DNA from: Mycobacterium sp.
GTDB lineage: Bacteria > Actinomycetota > Actinomycetes > Mycobacteriales > Mycobacteriaceae
Length of the DNA stretch: 64,000 nucleotides
Direction: 5' to 3'
NCBI RefSeq assembly: GCF_019243155.1
Contig: NZ_JAFAUS010000375.1
Span: 1,023 to 65,022 of the forward strand
In this document: piece by piece, positions 39,566 through 50,271 of the stretch
How positions within the stretch are numbered: the stretch's first letter is position 1
How the letters are laid out: every line of letters starts with the position of its first letter
Position numbers and translations under genes: made by a program
Notes under the pieces: generated by a model
The model's database searches: none
What the model was told of the DNA's origin: nothing
What the model saw: only the letters and a program-made list of their open reading frames with translations

Positions 39566-40378
39566 TCAGCGGTCGGTGAAATCGGGGGTGCGGCGCTCCT
39601 GGAAGGCCTTGGTGCCCTCGGCCAAATCCGGCGACCGCAGCAGGATGCCCTGTCCTTCGAACTCGCGCTGCAGGGCAGAGTCCAACTCGGTGAGCGTGGC
39701 CGCGTTGATCGACTGCTTGGTTTTGGCGAACGCCACCACCGGACCCGTCAACAACCTCGCGATGACCTTGTCCACCTGGGCCTCGAACTCCTCGTGCGGA
39801 TAGACCGCGCTGACCAGGCCCCAGGACAGCGCCTCGGAGGCCGGCAGACGTTCGGGCAGCAGCGCCATCTGCATCGCTCTGATCCGGCCGACCGCCGCGG
39901 CCACCAACGCCGAAGCGCCGCCGTCGGGCATCAAGCCGATCTTGGTGAACGCAAGCATGAAAAACGCCTTCTCCGAAGCCAATACGACGTCACAGGCCAG
40001 GGCAAGGGAGACGCCGACACCCGCCGTCGGCCCCTGAACGACGGCGACCACCGGATGCGGAAGAGCCGTGATCGCCCGGATCAGCCGGTTGATCTCCAAC
40101 ACGATTTCGTCCGGTGAAAATCCGCTTCCGCCGGACATGTCGTCGGCGCTGATGCCCGCGCCGGAGCAGAAGCCACGACCGGCGCCGCCGAGGCGCACCA
40201 CCTTGACGTTCGGGTCGGTAGCCGCGCGTTCCATCGTGTCGGCAAGTCCGGTAATCACCGGAACGGTAAGCGAATTGAGGCTGTCGGGACGGTCGATGGT
40301 TACCGACAGCACCCCTTGCGTCAGGGTGACGGCAAGGCCCTCGATGGAGGTCTGGGTGTCGATCGTGGTTTGCGGCAT
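39566..40378 (-). CDS. Enoyl-CoA hydratase (EchA10/EchA11-like)
   Basis: [14 protein letters not shown] and [12 protein letters not shown]; divergent from mcr. Confidence 0.9.
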   Translation of the reverse strand: MPQTTIDTQTSIEGLAVTLTQGVLSVTIDRPDSLNSLTVPVITGLADTMERAATDPNVKVVRLGGAGRGFCSGAGISADDMSGGSGFSPDEIVLEINRLIRAITALPHPVVAVVQGPTAGVGVSLALACDVVLASEKAFFMLAFTKIGLMPDGGASALVAAAVGRIRAMQMALLPERLPASEALSWGLVSAVYPHEEFEAQVDKVIARLLTGPVVAFAKTKQSINAATLTELDSALQREFEGQGILLRSPDLAEGTKAFQERRTPDFTDR

Positions 40379-40486
40379 GGGCTGAGCCTAGTGAACCGAC
40401 GAAAGCGACCGGGGTGCGCGCCCGTCGAGGCTGGCTGCGAAGATGCGAACTACGAAGCGTCAGAGCAGACGAAAGGTCGGTGGATC

Positions 40487-41569
40487 GTGGCTGGACCGCT
40501 ACAGGGTTTGCGCGTTATCGAGTTGGCGGGCATCGGGCCCGGGCCGCACGCCGCGATGATCCTCGGAGATCTCGGCGCCGACGTCGTGCGCATCGATCGG
40601 CCGTCGGCCGGTGCCGGCGGTGTCGTCAAAGACGCCATGAGTCGCAACCGCCGCATCGTCACCGCCGATCTCAAGTCCGACGAGGGGCGCGACCGCGTGC
40701 TCAAACTCGTCGCCAAGGCCGACGTGTTGATCGAGGGCTACCGCCCGGGTGTGACCGAGCGCCTCGGCCTGGGCCCCGAGCAGTGCGCGCAGGTCAACGA
40801 TCGGCTGGTCTACGCCCGCATGACCGGCTGGGGACAGACCGGCCCGCGCAGCCAGCAGGCCGGTCACGACATCAACTACATCTCGCTCAACGGGATCCTG
40901 CACTCCATCGGCCGGGCGAACGAACGGCCCGTGCCGCCGCTGAACCTGGTCGGCGACTTCGGCGGCGGGTCGATGTTCTTGCTGGTCGGCATCCTGTCCG
41001 CGTTGTGGGAGCGGCAGACCTCGGGCAAAGGGCAGGTCGTCGACGCCGCGATGGTCGACGGCTCTAGCGTGCTGATCCAGATGATGTGGCAGATGCGCTC
41101 CTCCGGCATGTGGACCGACGCGCGCGGCACCAACATGCTCGACGGCGGCGCGCCCTACTACGACACCTACGAGTGCGCCGACGGGAGATACGTCGCGGTC
41201 GGCGCGATCGAACCGCAGTTCTACGCGGCGATGCTGGCCGGACTGGGGCTGGACGCCGCGGACCTGCCGCCGCAGAACGACGTCGCCCGCTGGCCCGAGC
41301 TGCGGGCGGTGTTCACCGAGAAGTTCGGCAGCCAGGACCGTGACCACTGGGCCAAGGTGTTCGTCGACTCCGACGCCTGCGTGACACCGGTGCTGGCCTT
41401 CGGGGAAGTGCAGACCGAGCCCCACATCACCGAGCGCGACACGTTCTACGAAGTCAACGGGGGCCTGCAGCCGAGGCCGGCGCCGCGGTTCTCCCGCACC
41501 GCCCCGGACACGCCGCGCGCGGCGTCCCCGGCGACCGACATCGAAGCCGTCCTTACGGACTGGGTATAG
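40487..41569 (+). CDS. mcr: Alpha-methylacyl-CoA racemase
   Basis: [25 protein letters not shown] and NLVGDFGGG; 360 aa. Confidence 0.93.
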   Translation: MAGPLQGLRVIELAGIGPGPHAAMILGDLGADVVRIDRPSAGAGGVVKDAMSRNRRIVTADLKSDEGRDRVLKLVAKADVLIEGYRPGVTERLGLGPEQCAQVNDRLVYARMTGWGQTGPRSQQAGHDINYISLNGILHSIGRANERPVPPLNLVGDFGGGSMFLLVGILSALWERQTSGKGQVVDAAMVDGSSVLIQMMWQMRSSGMWTDARGTNMLDGGAPYYDTYECADGRYVAVGAIEPQFYAAMLAGLGLDAADLPPQNDVARWPELRAVFTEKFGSQDRDHWAKVFVDSDACVTPVLAFGEVQTEPHITERDTFYEVNGGLQPRPAPRFSRTAPDTPRAASPATDIEAVLTDWV

Positions 41570-41572
41570 TGC

Positions 41573-41592
41573 CCAACCAACAGGTTGGTTGG
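41573..41592. promoter_or_regulatory. Perfect inverted repeat operator CCAACCAAC-AG-GTTGGTTGG downstream of a TATAGT -10
   Basis: Read directly; upstream of the SDR at 41623. Confidence 0.75.
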
Positions 41593-41622
41593 CAAACGTT
41601 GCCAGGATAGGGAAGGACTCGA

Positions 41623-42387
41623 ATGGAGATCAAGGACGCCGTCGCCGTCGTCACCGGGGGTGCCTCCGGCCTGGGCCTGGCCACCACCAAACGACTGCTC
41701 GACCGCGGTGCCCAGGTGGTCGTGATCGACCTGCGCGGTGAAGAAGCGGTCCGCGAGCTGGGCGAGCGCGCCCGCTTCGTCGAGGCCGACGTCACCGATG
41801 AGGCTGCCGTCGGCAAGGCGCTGGACGCCGCGGAATCAATGGGCACGCTGCGCATCAACGTCAACTGTGCCGGCATCGGCAATGCCATCAAGACGCTGTC
41901 CAAGGATGGTCCGTTCCCGCTCGACGGCTTCAAGAAGGTCATCGGCGTCAACCTGATCGGCACATTCAACGTGCTGCGGCTGGCCGCCGAGCGCATCGCC
42001 AAGACCGAGCCGGTCGGTCCCGAGACAAGCCCGGAGCGTGGCGTCATCGTCAACACGGCCTCCGTCGCCGCGTTCGAAGGCCAGATCGGCCAGGCCGCCT
42101 ACTCGGCGTCCAAGGGCGGCGTGGTCGGTATGACGCTGCCGATCGCGCGCGACCTGTCGCGCGAGCTCATCCGCGTGGTGACCATCGCGCCCGGTCTTTT
42201 CAAGACCCCGCTGCTGGGGTCGCTGCCCGAGGAGGCGCAGAAGTCGTTGGGCAAGCAGGTGCCGCACCCGGCCAGGCTGGGCGACCCCGACGAGTACGGC
42301 GCGCTGGCGGTGCACATCATCGAAAACCCGATGCTCAACGGCGAGGTGATCCGCCTGGATGGCGCGATTCGGATGGCGCCCCGCTGA
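41623..42387 (+). CDS. 3-hydroxyacyl-CoA dehydrogenase type II (HSD10-like SDR, Rv1144-like)
   Basis: [29 protein letters not shown] and [13 protein letters not shown]. Confidence 0.93.
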   Translation: MEIKDAVAVVTGGASGLGLATTKRLLDRGAQVVVIDLRGEEAVRELGERARFVEADVTDEAAVGKALDAAESMGTLRINVNCAGIGNAIKTLSKDGPFPLDGFKKVIGVNLIGTFNVLRLAAERIAKTEPVGPETSPERGVIVNTASVAAFEGQIGQAAYSASKGGVVGMTLPIARDLSRELIRVVTIAPGLFKTPLLGSLPEEAQKSLGKQVPHPARLGDPDEYGALAVHIIENPMLNGEVIRLDGAIRMAPR

Positions 42388-42401
42388 TCGGTTGAGGCAA
42401 A

Positions 42402-42435
42402 ACGAAAGCCCCCCGCTGATGCGGGGGGCTTTCGT
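42402..42435. terminator. Intrinsic (likely bidirectional) terminator hairpin
   Basis: ACGAAAGCCCCCCGC-TGAT-GCGGGGGGCTTTCGT 15-bp stem; U-tract on the minus strand. Confidence 0.88.
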
Positions 42436-42453
42436 GATGATTGGGTTCGACGG

Positions 42454-42516
42454 TTACTTACGGAACCATCGACTGACGGCGGGTTCGGCCATTAACAGCC
42501 GCGCGAGCATGCTCAT
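42454..42516 (-). CDS. Putative 20-aa peptide MSMLARLLMAEPAVSRWFRK
   Basis: ATG 7 nt after the stop of the 40-aa ORF; ends just before the terminator. Confidence 0.35.
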   Translation of the reverse strand: MSMLARLLMAEPAVSRWFRK

Positions 42517-42523
42517 GGTCTGC

Positions 42524-42646
42524 TCAACTCGCCGCTTGCAGTTCGTCGAACTGCTCGGAGGTCTCGCCTTCCACCAGGACGTCGCCGTGGTAGAGGGCTT
42601 CGAAGTCAACTTTGATGACGTCGGCACTTGTGTCGTCGATCCACAT
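42524..42646 (-). CDS. Leaderless 40-aa acidic small protein MWIDDTSADVIKVDFEALYHGDVLVEGETSEQFDELQAAS
   Basis: TACGCT -10 (42654-42659) 7 nt before the ATG; GC3-rich codons; not in the ORF track. Confidence 0.65.
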   Translation of the reverse strand: MWIDDTSADVIKVDFEALYHGDVLVEGETSEQFDELQAAS

Positions 42647-42966
42647 GACACTGAGCGTATGGGCCACCATTAAGGAATCTTTGAGTCACGATTCGGAAAA
42701 TGGTGGCAATTTACCGGCGGGTAGGTTCGCCGTCGTCGAACCCCGGATTTGAGCCCTGAGCTGCTTACTTTCTGCTCACTTTTCTTGCCGGACTCTTATC
42801 GTCGCTTGGGTTTAAAACCGCCTGAAAAGCGGATTGAACCGTCCGGCGGGCCGTCCCCGTTCTTGAGAGAAGACGCTGTCGAACATTCGGAAGTTAGCGT
42901 CGTTAAGTTTTTGAGGACAATCGAGCGGCCGGCGCGCTTTACCCCCTGGCGGCGGAAGGGCTCCCA

Positions 42967-45309
42967 ATGCTGCAGGCAGTCGCTCGGCTGGCCATCGCCG
43001 CGCCGCGCCGCGTCGTCGCAATCGGCGTTCTGGTCTTCGTCGCCGCCGCGGTGTTCGGTCTGCCCGTCGCCAAGAGCCTGTCCGCCGGGGGTTTCCAAGA
43101 TCCGAACTCGGAATCGGCACGCGCCATCAGCGTCCTGGCCGACAAGTTCGGGCAGAGCGGTCAGCAGATGCTGATCCTCGTGACGGCGCCCGACGGCGTG
43201 AACAGCGCCAAGGCCCGCAAGGTGGCCACCGATCTCGGCGGCGCTTTGCAGGGGTCGCCGCTGGTCTACAACGTGTCATCGGCCTGGTCCGGTCCCGCCG
43301 ATGGTCCACCGCCCGCCGGCAATCTTGTCAGCCGCGACGGAAAGTCGGGGCTGATCGTGGTCAACCTCAAGGGCGGCGAGAACAACGTGCAGAAGAACGC
43401 CCAGACCCTCGCGGACCAATTCGTCCATGACCGCGACGGCGTCACCGTGCGCGCCGGCGGACCGGCGATGCAATACGCCCAGATCAACAAGCAGAACCAA
43501 GAAGACCTGCTGGTCATGGAGATGATCGCGCTGCCGCTGAGCTTCCTGGTGCTGGTCTGGGTGTTCGGTGGGTTGCTGGCCGCGGCGTTGCCGATGGCGC
43601 TCGGTGCTCTGGCCGTCGTGGGTTCGATGACGGTGCTGCGCCTGGTCACCTATGCCACCGAGGTGTCGATCTTCGCGCTCAACTTGAGCACCGCGCTGGG
43701 CTTGGCCCTGGCGGTCGACTACACGCTGCTGATCGTCAGCCGCTACCGCGACGAATTGGCCGAGGGCGGCGACCGCGAGGCGGCGCTCGTCAAGACCATG
43801 GCGACCGCGGGGCGCACGGTGCTGTTCTCGGCCGTCACGGTGGCGTTGTCGATGTCGGCCACGGCGCTGTTCCCGATGTACTTCCTGAAGTCCTTCGCCT
43901 ACGCGGGGGTGGCCACCGTGGCCTTCGTCGCGACCTCGTCCATCGTGCTCACCCCCGCCGCGATCGCGCTGCTGGGCCCGCGGCTGGACTCGCTGGACGT
44001 GCGAAAGTTGCTGCGGCGCATGCTGGGCCGCCCCGATCCCATCCACAAAGAGGTCGAGGAGCTCTTCTGGTACCGGTCCAGCAAGTTCGTGATGCGACGC
44101 TCTCTGCCGGTCGGCGTGGCCGTCATCGCCCTGCTGGCGCTGCTCGGCTTGCCGTTCGCCTCCGTGAAATGGGGCTTCCCCGACGACCGGGTGCTGCCGC
44201 GGTCGGCTTCGGCGCATCAGGTCGGTGACCAACTGCGCAACGACTTCGCGAATGACCTCTCGACGGCGGTGCCCGTCGTCGTGCCCGATGCCCGCGGCCT
44301 GAGCCCGGCCGACCTCGACAACTACGCGGCCGCCTTATCGCGGGTGCCCGACGTGTCGGCGGTGGCCGCACCCGGCGGCACCTTCGCCGCCGGGCAACGC
44401 ATCGGACCGCCCGCCGCGGCGACCGGGATTGCCGCCGGCAGCGCATTCCTGACCGTGAACAGCACCGCGCCGCTGTTCTCGCAAGCCTCCGACACCCAGC
44501 TCAAGCGGCTGCACCAGGTGGCCGGGCCCGCCGGTCGATCCGTCGAGACGGCCGGTGTCGCCCAGGTCAACCGCGACAGCTGCGACGCGGTGACCGACCG
44601 ACTTCCGTTGGTGCTGGGACTGATGGCCGCGATCACCTTCGTGCTGCTGTTCCTGCTCACCGGCAGCGTGATGCTGCCGATCAAAGCGCTGATCTGCAAT
44701 GTGCTTTCGCTGACCGCCGCGTTCGGTGCGCTGGTGTGGATCTTCCAGGACGGCCATCTGGGCGCGTTGGGGACGACCCCGAGCGGGACGCTGGTGGCGA
44801 ACATGCCGGTGCTGCTGTTCTGCATCGCGTTCGGTTTGTCCATGGACTACGAGGTGTTCATGGTGTCGCGGATCCGCGAGTACTGGTTGGCTGCCGGCGG
44901 CTCGCGGGCTCTGGGACGCACGGCGGCCCAGGCGCACGCGGCCAACGATGAAAGTGTGGCGCTCGGTGTCGCGCGCACCGGCCGGGTGATCACCGCCGCG
45001 GCGCTGGTGATGTCGATGTCCTTTGCCGCGCTGATCGCCGCTCACGTGTCGTTCATGCGGATGTTCGGTTTGGGCCTCACGCTTGCGGTGGCCGCGGATG
45101 CGACCCTGGTGCGGATGGTTCTGGTCCCGGCGTTCATGCATGTGGCGGGTCGCTGGAATTGGTGGGCGCCAAAGCCTTTGGTGTGGTTACATGAGCGGCT
45201 GGGCATCAGCGAGGGGCCGGCCCAAGGGGCCGAATACCTCGAGCCGATCGAGGAACCGGTAACACACAACGGGCATCCGGTCCGGGAGTCGGTCACCAAT
45301 ATCGGCTGA
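42967..45309 (+). CDS. mmpL13: MMPL (RND) family transporter, intact MmpL13
   Basis: Two repeats with LAVDYTLLIVSRYRDE and GLSMDYEVFMVSRIRE; syntenic position. Confidence 0.88.
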   Translation: MLQAVARLAIAAPRRVVAIGVLVFVAAAVFGLPVAKSLSAGGFQDPNSESARAISVLADKFGQSGQQMLILVTAPDGVNSAKARKVATDLGGALQGSPLVYNVSSAWSGPADGPPPAGNLVSRDGKSGLIVVNLKGGENNVQKNAQTLADQFVHDRDGVTVRAGGPAMQYAQINKQNQEDLLVMEMIALPLSFLVLVWVFGGLLAAALPMALGALAVVGSMTVLRLVTYATEVSIFALNLSTALGLALAVDYTLLIVSRYRDELAEGGDREAALVKTMATAGRTVLFSAVTVALSMSATALFPMYFLKSFAYAGVATVAFVATSSIVLTPAAIALLGPRLDSLDVRKLLRRMLGRPDPIHKEVEELFWYRSSKFVMRRSLPVGVAVIALLALLGLPFASVKWGFPDDRVLPRSASAHQVGDQLRNDFANDLSTAVPVVVPDARGLSPADLDNYAAALSRVPDVSAVAAPGGTFAAGQRIGPPAAATGIAAGSAFLTVNSTAPLFSQASDTQLKRLHQVAGPAGRSVETAGVAQVNRDSCDAVTDRLPLVLGLMAAITFVLLFLLTGSVMLPIKALICNVLSLTAAFGALVWIFQDGHLGALGTTPSGTLVANMPVLLFCIAFGLSMDYEVFMVSRIREYWLAAGGSRALGRTAAQAHAANDESVALGVARTGRVITAAALVMSMSFAALIAAHVSFMRMFGLGLTLAVAADATLVRMVLVPAFMHVAGRWNWWAPKPLVWLHERLGISEGPAQGAEYLEPIEEPVTHNGHPVRESVTNIG

Positions 45310-45342
45310 CCGGTCGATCGATACAAGAAGGTTGACGAATAG

Positions 45343-45981
45343 ATGACGACGCAGGTGGAGAACCCGTTCTTCGCGCGGATCTGGCCCTTCATCGCGAGCC
45401 ACGAAACGGACGAGGTGCGCGCACTTCGCCGGGAGAACCTGGCCGGCCTGTCGGGCCGGGTGTTGGAAGTCGGGGCGGGCATCGGGACGAACTTCCCCAA
45501 CTACCCGGAGTCGGTCGACGAGATCATCGCCGTGGAGCCCGAGGCCCGGTTAGCAACTCGCGCCCGCGCCGCGGCGGAGACGGCGCCCGGGCGGATCGTC
45601 GTCAAAAGCGAGACGGTGGAAGCGTTCACCGGCGGCGCACCGTTCGACGCGGTGGTGTGCTCGCTGGTGTTGTGCTCGGTGCACGACCCGACCGGCGTCC
45701 TGCGGCAGCTGTACTCCTTGCTGCGGCCGGGCGGGGAGTTGCGCTACCTCGAGCATGTGGCCAGCGCCGGTGTCCGGGGCCGCTATCAACGGATCGCGGA
45801 CGCGACGCTGTGGCCCAGGTTGTTCGGCAACTGTCACACCCATCGCGACGCCGAGCGCTCGATCATCGACGCCGGATTCGAAATCGCCAGCTCCCGGCGG
45901 GAATTCACGTTGCCCGCGTGGGCCCCGATGCCGGTCTCGGAGCTCTTGCTGGGCCGGGCGCGCCGGCCGCTAGTTCAGTAG
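45343..45981 (+). CDS. Class I SAM-dependent methyltransferase (Rv1147-like)
   Basis: [22 protein letters not shown] and LRPGG. Confidence 0.9.
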   Translation: MTTQVENPFFARIWPFIASHETDEVRALRRENLAGLSGRVLEVGAGIGTNFPNYPESVDEIIAVEPEARLATRARAAAETAPGRIVVKSETVEAFTGGAPFDAVVCSLVLCSVHDPTGVLRQLYSLLRPGGELRYLEHVASAGVRGRYQRIADATLWPRLFGNCHTHRDAERSIIDAGFEIASSRREFTLPAWAPMPVSELLLGRARRPLVQ

Positions 45982-46683
45982 GGCGGGCAGCCGCTGCAGC
46001 AGTCCGGGCAGCGCCTGGCTCGCGGTCTCGCGGATGCTGATCGTGGCGCTGCCGGACAGCGGGGTGACTTCGGGGTTGACCTCGATGACCGCGGTGCCGC
46101 GCGACAGCGCCAAGTCGGCCAGCCCGGCCGCCGGGTAGACGATCGCCGACGTGCCCACGACCACCATCACGTCCGCGGCTTCGGTCGCCTCGACGGACCG
46201 CTGCCACGGTTCGGCGGGCAACGCCTCACCGAACCACACGATGTCGGGGCGGATCAGGCCGCCGCACGCGCAAACCGGGGGGTCTACCTCCAGCGTGGGT
46301 TCGGCCATGACGGGAAGCGCTTCGGTGTAGGGCATACCGCAAAGCGCACAACGGAATTGGAAAAGGCTGCCGTGCAGATGGTGGACGGGTGCGCTGCCCG
46401 CCCGCTCGTGCAGATCGTCGACGTTCTGGGTGACGACGCTGACCTCGGCGTGGTCTTGCCAGTCGGCGATGGCGCGATGCCCCGCGTTGGGTTGGACGTC
46501 GGCAACCAGATAGTGGCGCCACAGGTACCAGCCCCAGACCCGCTCGGGGTTGTCGCGCCAGCCTTGGGTGCTGGACAACTCGTACGGGTCGAAGCGGGCC
46601 CACAATCCGTTCTTGTCGTCGCGGAACGTCGGCACGCCACTTTCCGCGGAAATCCCCGCGCCGCTGAGCACCGTTATTCGCAT
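45970..46683 (-). CDS. cobB: NAD-dependent protein deacylase (sirtuin)
   Basis: [32 protein letters not shown], two Cys pairs, RPDIVWFGE and VGTS. Confidence 0.95.
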   Translation of the reverse strand: MRITVLSGAGISAESGVPTFRDDKNGLWARFDPYELSSTQGWRDNPERVWGWYLWRHYLVADVQPNAGHRAIADWQDHAEVSVVTQNVDDLHERAGSAPVHHLHGSLFQFRCALCGMPYTEALPVMAEPTLEVDPPVCACGGLIRPDIVWFGEALPAEPWQRSVEATEAADVMVVVGTSAIVYPAAGLADLALSRGTAVIEVNPEVTPLSGSATISIRETASQALPGLLQRLPALLN

Positions 46684-46721
46684 CTGAACAACATAGTCAA
46701 GCGCTGAGTGATACTGGACGG

Positions 46722-47090
46722 GTGGAACTGGGTGACTGGTTGCGGGTCGACATGAAGGCGGGCAAGCCGCTGTTCGATCAGCTCAGGACGCAAGTCATCG
46801 ACGGGGTCCGGGATGGCGCCCTGCCGCCGGGCACCCGGCTGCCCACGGTGCGGGAACTGGCGGGCCAGCTCGGCGTCGCGGTCAACACCGTGGCTCGCGC
46901 GTACCGCGAACTGGAAACCGCGGCGATCATCGAAACCCGCGGTCGCTTCGGCACTTTCGTCGCTCGCTACGATCCGACCGACGCCGCGATGGCGGCCGCG
47001 GCCCGCGAGTACGTGCGGGTGGCACACGGGCTCGGCCTGGGGAAGGCCGACGCACTGCGCTACGTCGAGGCCGTTCCCGAAGACGAGTGA
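46722..47090 (+). CDS. GntR family (YtrA-type) regulator (Rv1152-like)
   Basis: [31 protein letters not shown]. Confidence 0.92.
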   Translation: MELGDWLRVDMKAGKPLFDQLRTQVIDGVRDGALPPGTRLPTVRELAGQLGVAVNTVARAYRELETAAIIETRGRFGTFVARYDPTDAAMAAAAREYVRVAHGLGLGKADALRYVEAVPEDE

Positions 47091-47120
47091 GACTGGCTGC
47101 CGGGCAACGGATTTCGAGCC

Positions 47121-47642
47121 TTACCGCAACACCTTGTCGAGCGTGCGCAGGTTGCGAGTGGTGGTCGACGACTTGTAGCGCGGCTTGCCCATGGTCTTGC
47201 CGATCTTGCTGTCCAGGGTGCTGCCTTTGGGGACCTGCCAGTAGACGACGCCGTCACCGCGGCCGATCTTCTCTTTCGGGCCGGCGTCCTTGTCCAGCGC
47301 CGCGAGTTCGTCGAGCACGTCCGCGTCGGCGACGAACGTGACGTAGGACTGGTATCCGTCGACCTCGGGCTCGAAGGGGTAGGCGTCGACAACCGCACGT
47401 ACCTTCTCGAGGTCGTAGACCAGCACCCACGCGTCGTAGCCGAACTTATCCCGCAGCGCGGCTTCGGCCTTCTTGCGCACCCCGGCCGCCCCGGCCGAGG
47501 ACTCCAGCAACACGTTGCCGCTGGCCAGGATGGTCCGCACGTTCTTGAATCCGGCGTCGGTCAATGCGCTCGCCACCTCGGCCATCTTCAGATTGACGCC
47601 GCCGACGTTGACGCCGCGCAGGAATGCCGCGTAGTTGGTCAT
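47121..47642 (-). CDS. DUF1697 family protein
   Basis: YAAFLRGVNVGG, TILASGNV and TTRNLRT. Confidence 0.88.
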   Translation of the reverse strand: MTNYAAFLRGVNVGGVNLKMAEVASALTDAGFKNVRTILASGNVLLESSAGAAGVRKKAEAALRDKFGYDAWVLVYDLEKVRAVVDAYPFEPEVDGYQSYVTFVADADVLDELAALDKDAGPKEKIGRGDGVVYWQVPKGSTLDSKIGKTMGKPRYKSSTTTRNLRTLDKVLR

Positions 47643-47683
47643 GATCCATTCTCACCGGCCTGCGTTGCCGGGCAAAGACGTAG

Positions 47684-48136
<453 letters not shown>

Positions 48137-48186
48137 CGGTGCCGTGTTAGCGGTCCGGCGGGCCAGGCCGGGATAGGCTCTCTCCT

Positions 48187-48393
48187 ATGGCCGAATCGAA
48201 CGCCCCGCAGGGCTCCGCAGCTTCTGACCCGGAGCAATCCGAGGACGACAACAAGCGCAAGTTCCGTGAGGCCCTCGAGCGCAAGATGGCCAAGTCCTCC
48301 GGCGGGTCCGACCACCGGGACGGCGGCGGCAAGCAGTCGCGGGCGCATGGCGCGGCGGGAAACCGTCGGGAATTCCGCCGCAAGAGCGGCTAG
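48187..48393 (+). CDS. DUF5302 family small protein
   Basis: KRKFREALERK...FRRKSG; leaderless (TAGGCT-7nt-ATG). Confidence 0.8.
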   Translation: MAESNAPQGSAASDPEQSEDDNKRKFREALERKMAKSSGGSDHRDGGGKQSRAHGAAGNRREFRRKSG

Positions 48394-48776
48394 CCGCCGG
48401 ATTTCTTCGCCGCGGTGAGCGCGAAAAATGCTGCGGGAAAAGCGAACTCGATACCGGTGAGGACGTCCTGGAACCAGTGTGGCGGGCCGTTGCGCACGAC
48501 CGAGATCAGCCTGCCGATGCCGCCCGCAAGCATGATGCCGGCCAGGACGCGCACCTCGCCGGTGCTGATTGGCGACCTGCGGGCGGCCTGGATCCAGGCC
48601 AGGCCGTACCCCGCGAATATGGCGGAGTAGAAGCGTTCGCGCGAATCCACCGTCGCATTGGCGTCGGTGGCGCCGGGGACCGAAGCCACTCCTTCGGCGA
48701 AGTGGTAGCAGCCGATCGCGACCGATGAGGCGCCGGTGGCGGCGGCCAGGTACTTGAGGTACTCGTCGCGTCGCAC
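48390..48776 (-). CDS. DUF4345-like membrane protein
   Basis: DSRERFYSAIF and GGIGRLIS..GPP; GGAGG SD before GTG 48776. Confidence 0.72.
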   Translation of the reverse strand: MRRDEYLKYLAAATGASSVAIGCYHFAEGVASVPGATDANATVDSRERFYSAIFAGYGLAWIQAARRSPISTGEVRVLAGIMLAGGIGRLISVVRNGPPHWFQDVLTGIEFAFPAAFFALTAAKKSGG

Positions 48777-48861
48777 GCAACCTCCAGACCCCTTGCGAGC
48801 CACTAAGTAGATTAGTGTCAACTTAAGGCGAAAAACGTTGCGTGTCAACTAGAATTCTGCC

Positions 48862-49437
48862 GTGGCAATCCAACGCCGACTCCCGCCGGGGCGGCGCCGC
48901 GAACAGGTGGTGGACGCGGCCGAACGCGTCTTCGCCGAGCGCCCGTACGAGGAGATCACCATGGACGTGGTGGCCGAGGAGGCCGGCATCTCGCGCGCGC
49001 TGCTGTATCGGCATTTCCCCGGCAAGCCCGCGCTGTTCGCCGCCGTGTACCAGCGTGCCGCCGATCGGCTGCTCGCCAGCGTTCACGTCGACCCCGACGC
49101 TCCACTCGAAGGGCAGATCGTCGCCGGTCTCGACGCGCATTTCGATTACTTCCTGGCCAATCGCCACGCGGTGCTGGCGGCCAACCAGACGTTGGCCGCC
49201 GACCCGGTGGTGCAGGGCATCATCAACTCCGAGCTCGAGGCGCTGCGCGACCGGATCGCCGACGCGATCGACCTCGACCACGTTGCACGCCAACGGCTTT
49301 CCGCATTGGTGATCAGCTGGCTGGCGTTCGTGCGGGTGCTGTGTGTGCAATGGCTCGCCGAGCAGAATTTCACCCGCGACGAGCTTCGGGCCATCTGTGT
49401 CAACGCCCTCGGCGCGGTGCTCGAGGCGCGCCTCTAG
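48862..49437 (+). CDS. TetR family regulator
   Basis: ITMDVVAEEAGISRALLYRHFPGK; leaderless (TAGAAT-6nt-GTG). Confidence 0.92.
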   Translation: MAIQRRLPPGRRREQVVDAAERVFAERPYEEITMDVVAEEAGISRALLYRHFPGKPALFAAVYQRAADRLLASVHVDPDAPLEGQIVAGLDAHFDYFLANRHAVLAANQTLAADPVVQGIINSELEALRDRIADAIDLDHVARQRLSALVISWLAFVRVLCVQWLAEQNFTRDELRAICVNALGAVLEARL

Positions 49438-49446
49438 ACTGTGCGG

Positions 49447-50022
49447 GTGCCGAAACTGCAGCTTGTCCAAGAGCCGGCCGCCGACGCGCTGCTGGACGAC
49501 AACCCGTTCGCGTTACTGGTCGGCATGCTGCTCGACCAGCAGGTACCGATGGAAACCGCCTTCGCGGGTCCAAAGAAGATCGCCGATCGCATGGGCGGCT
49601 TCGACGCCGGGAAGATCGCCGACTACGACCCCGACAAATTCGCGGCGCTGTGTTCGGAAAAGCCTGCGATACACCGGTTTCCGGGATCGATGGCCAAGCG
49701 CATCCAAACCCTGGCGCAGATCATCGTGGACGATTACGACGGCGATGCAGCCGGGTTGTGGAAGGCCGGCGACCCCGACGGCAAGGAGCTGCTGCGCCGG
49801 CTGAAGGGACTGCCCGGATTCGGTCAGCAGAAGGCGCAGATCTTCCTGGCACTGCTCGGCAAGCAGTACGGGGTTACGCCGGACGGCTGGCGCGAAGCGG
49901 CGGGGGAGTTCGGCAAGCCAGGCACGCATGTGTCGGTCGCCGACATCGTCGACGCCGACTCGCTCGGGCAGGTGCGGTCGTACAAGAAGCAGATGAAAGC
50001 CGCAGCCAAGGCGGCGAAGTAG
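49447..50022 (+). CDS. HhH-GPD-type base excision repair family protein (Rv1156-like)
   Basis: PFALLVGMLLDQQ, HRFPGSMA and LPGFGQQKA; TAGACT-6nt-GTG. Confidence 0.88.
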   Translation: MPKLQLVQEPAADALLDDNPFALLVGMLLDQQVPMETAFAGPKKIADRMGGFDAGKIADYDPDKFAALCSEKPAIHRFPGSMAKRIQTLAQIIVDDYDGDAAGLWKAGDPDGKELLRRLKGLPGFGQQKAQIFLALLGKQYGVTPDGWREAAGEFGKPGTHVSVADIVDADSLGQVRSYKKQMKAAAKAAK

Positions 50023-50049
50023 TTGGTGCACAGAAGGGAAAGGCGAAAC

Positions 50050-50196
50050 GTGAAGACACACATAACGTGTCCGTGCGGCGAAGCCATCGTCGGTAAGGAT
50101 GAGGACGAGCTGGTCGAACTGACCCAGGCTCACCTCGCCAGCGTTCATCCGGGCCTCGATTACGACCGCGACGCGATCCTGTTCATGGCGTACTGA
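50050..50196 (+). CDS. DUF1059-like small metal-binding protein (48 aa)
   Basis: MKTHITCPCGEAIVGKDEDELVELTQAHLASVHPGLDYDRDAILFMAY; CPC...HxxxxH; GGAAAGG SD; not in the ORF track. Confidence 0.8.
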   Translation: MKTHITCPCGEAIVGKDEDELVELTQAHLASVHPGLDYDRDAILFMAY

Positions 50197-50208
50197 CGCC
50201 ACGCGAAC

Positions 50209-50239
50209 GCGCGTGCCCCCGATGCGGGGACACGCGCGC
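50209..50239. terminator. GC-rich hairpin between convergent genes
   Basis: GCGCGTGCCCCC...GGGGACACGCGC imperfect stem. Confidence 0.5.
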
Positions 50240-50271
50240 TCATGGCAGGCAAACAACGCTGGTTGTCTGCG

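Noticed and set aside
42454-42651. 65-aa ORF from the ORF track
   Set aside because: Its start lies between the -10 and the predicted TSS; better explained as the 40-aa and 20-aa ORFs.
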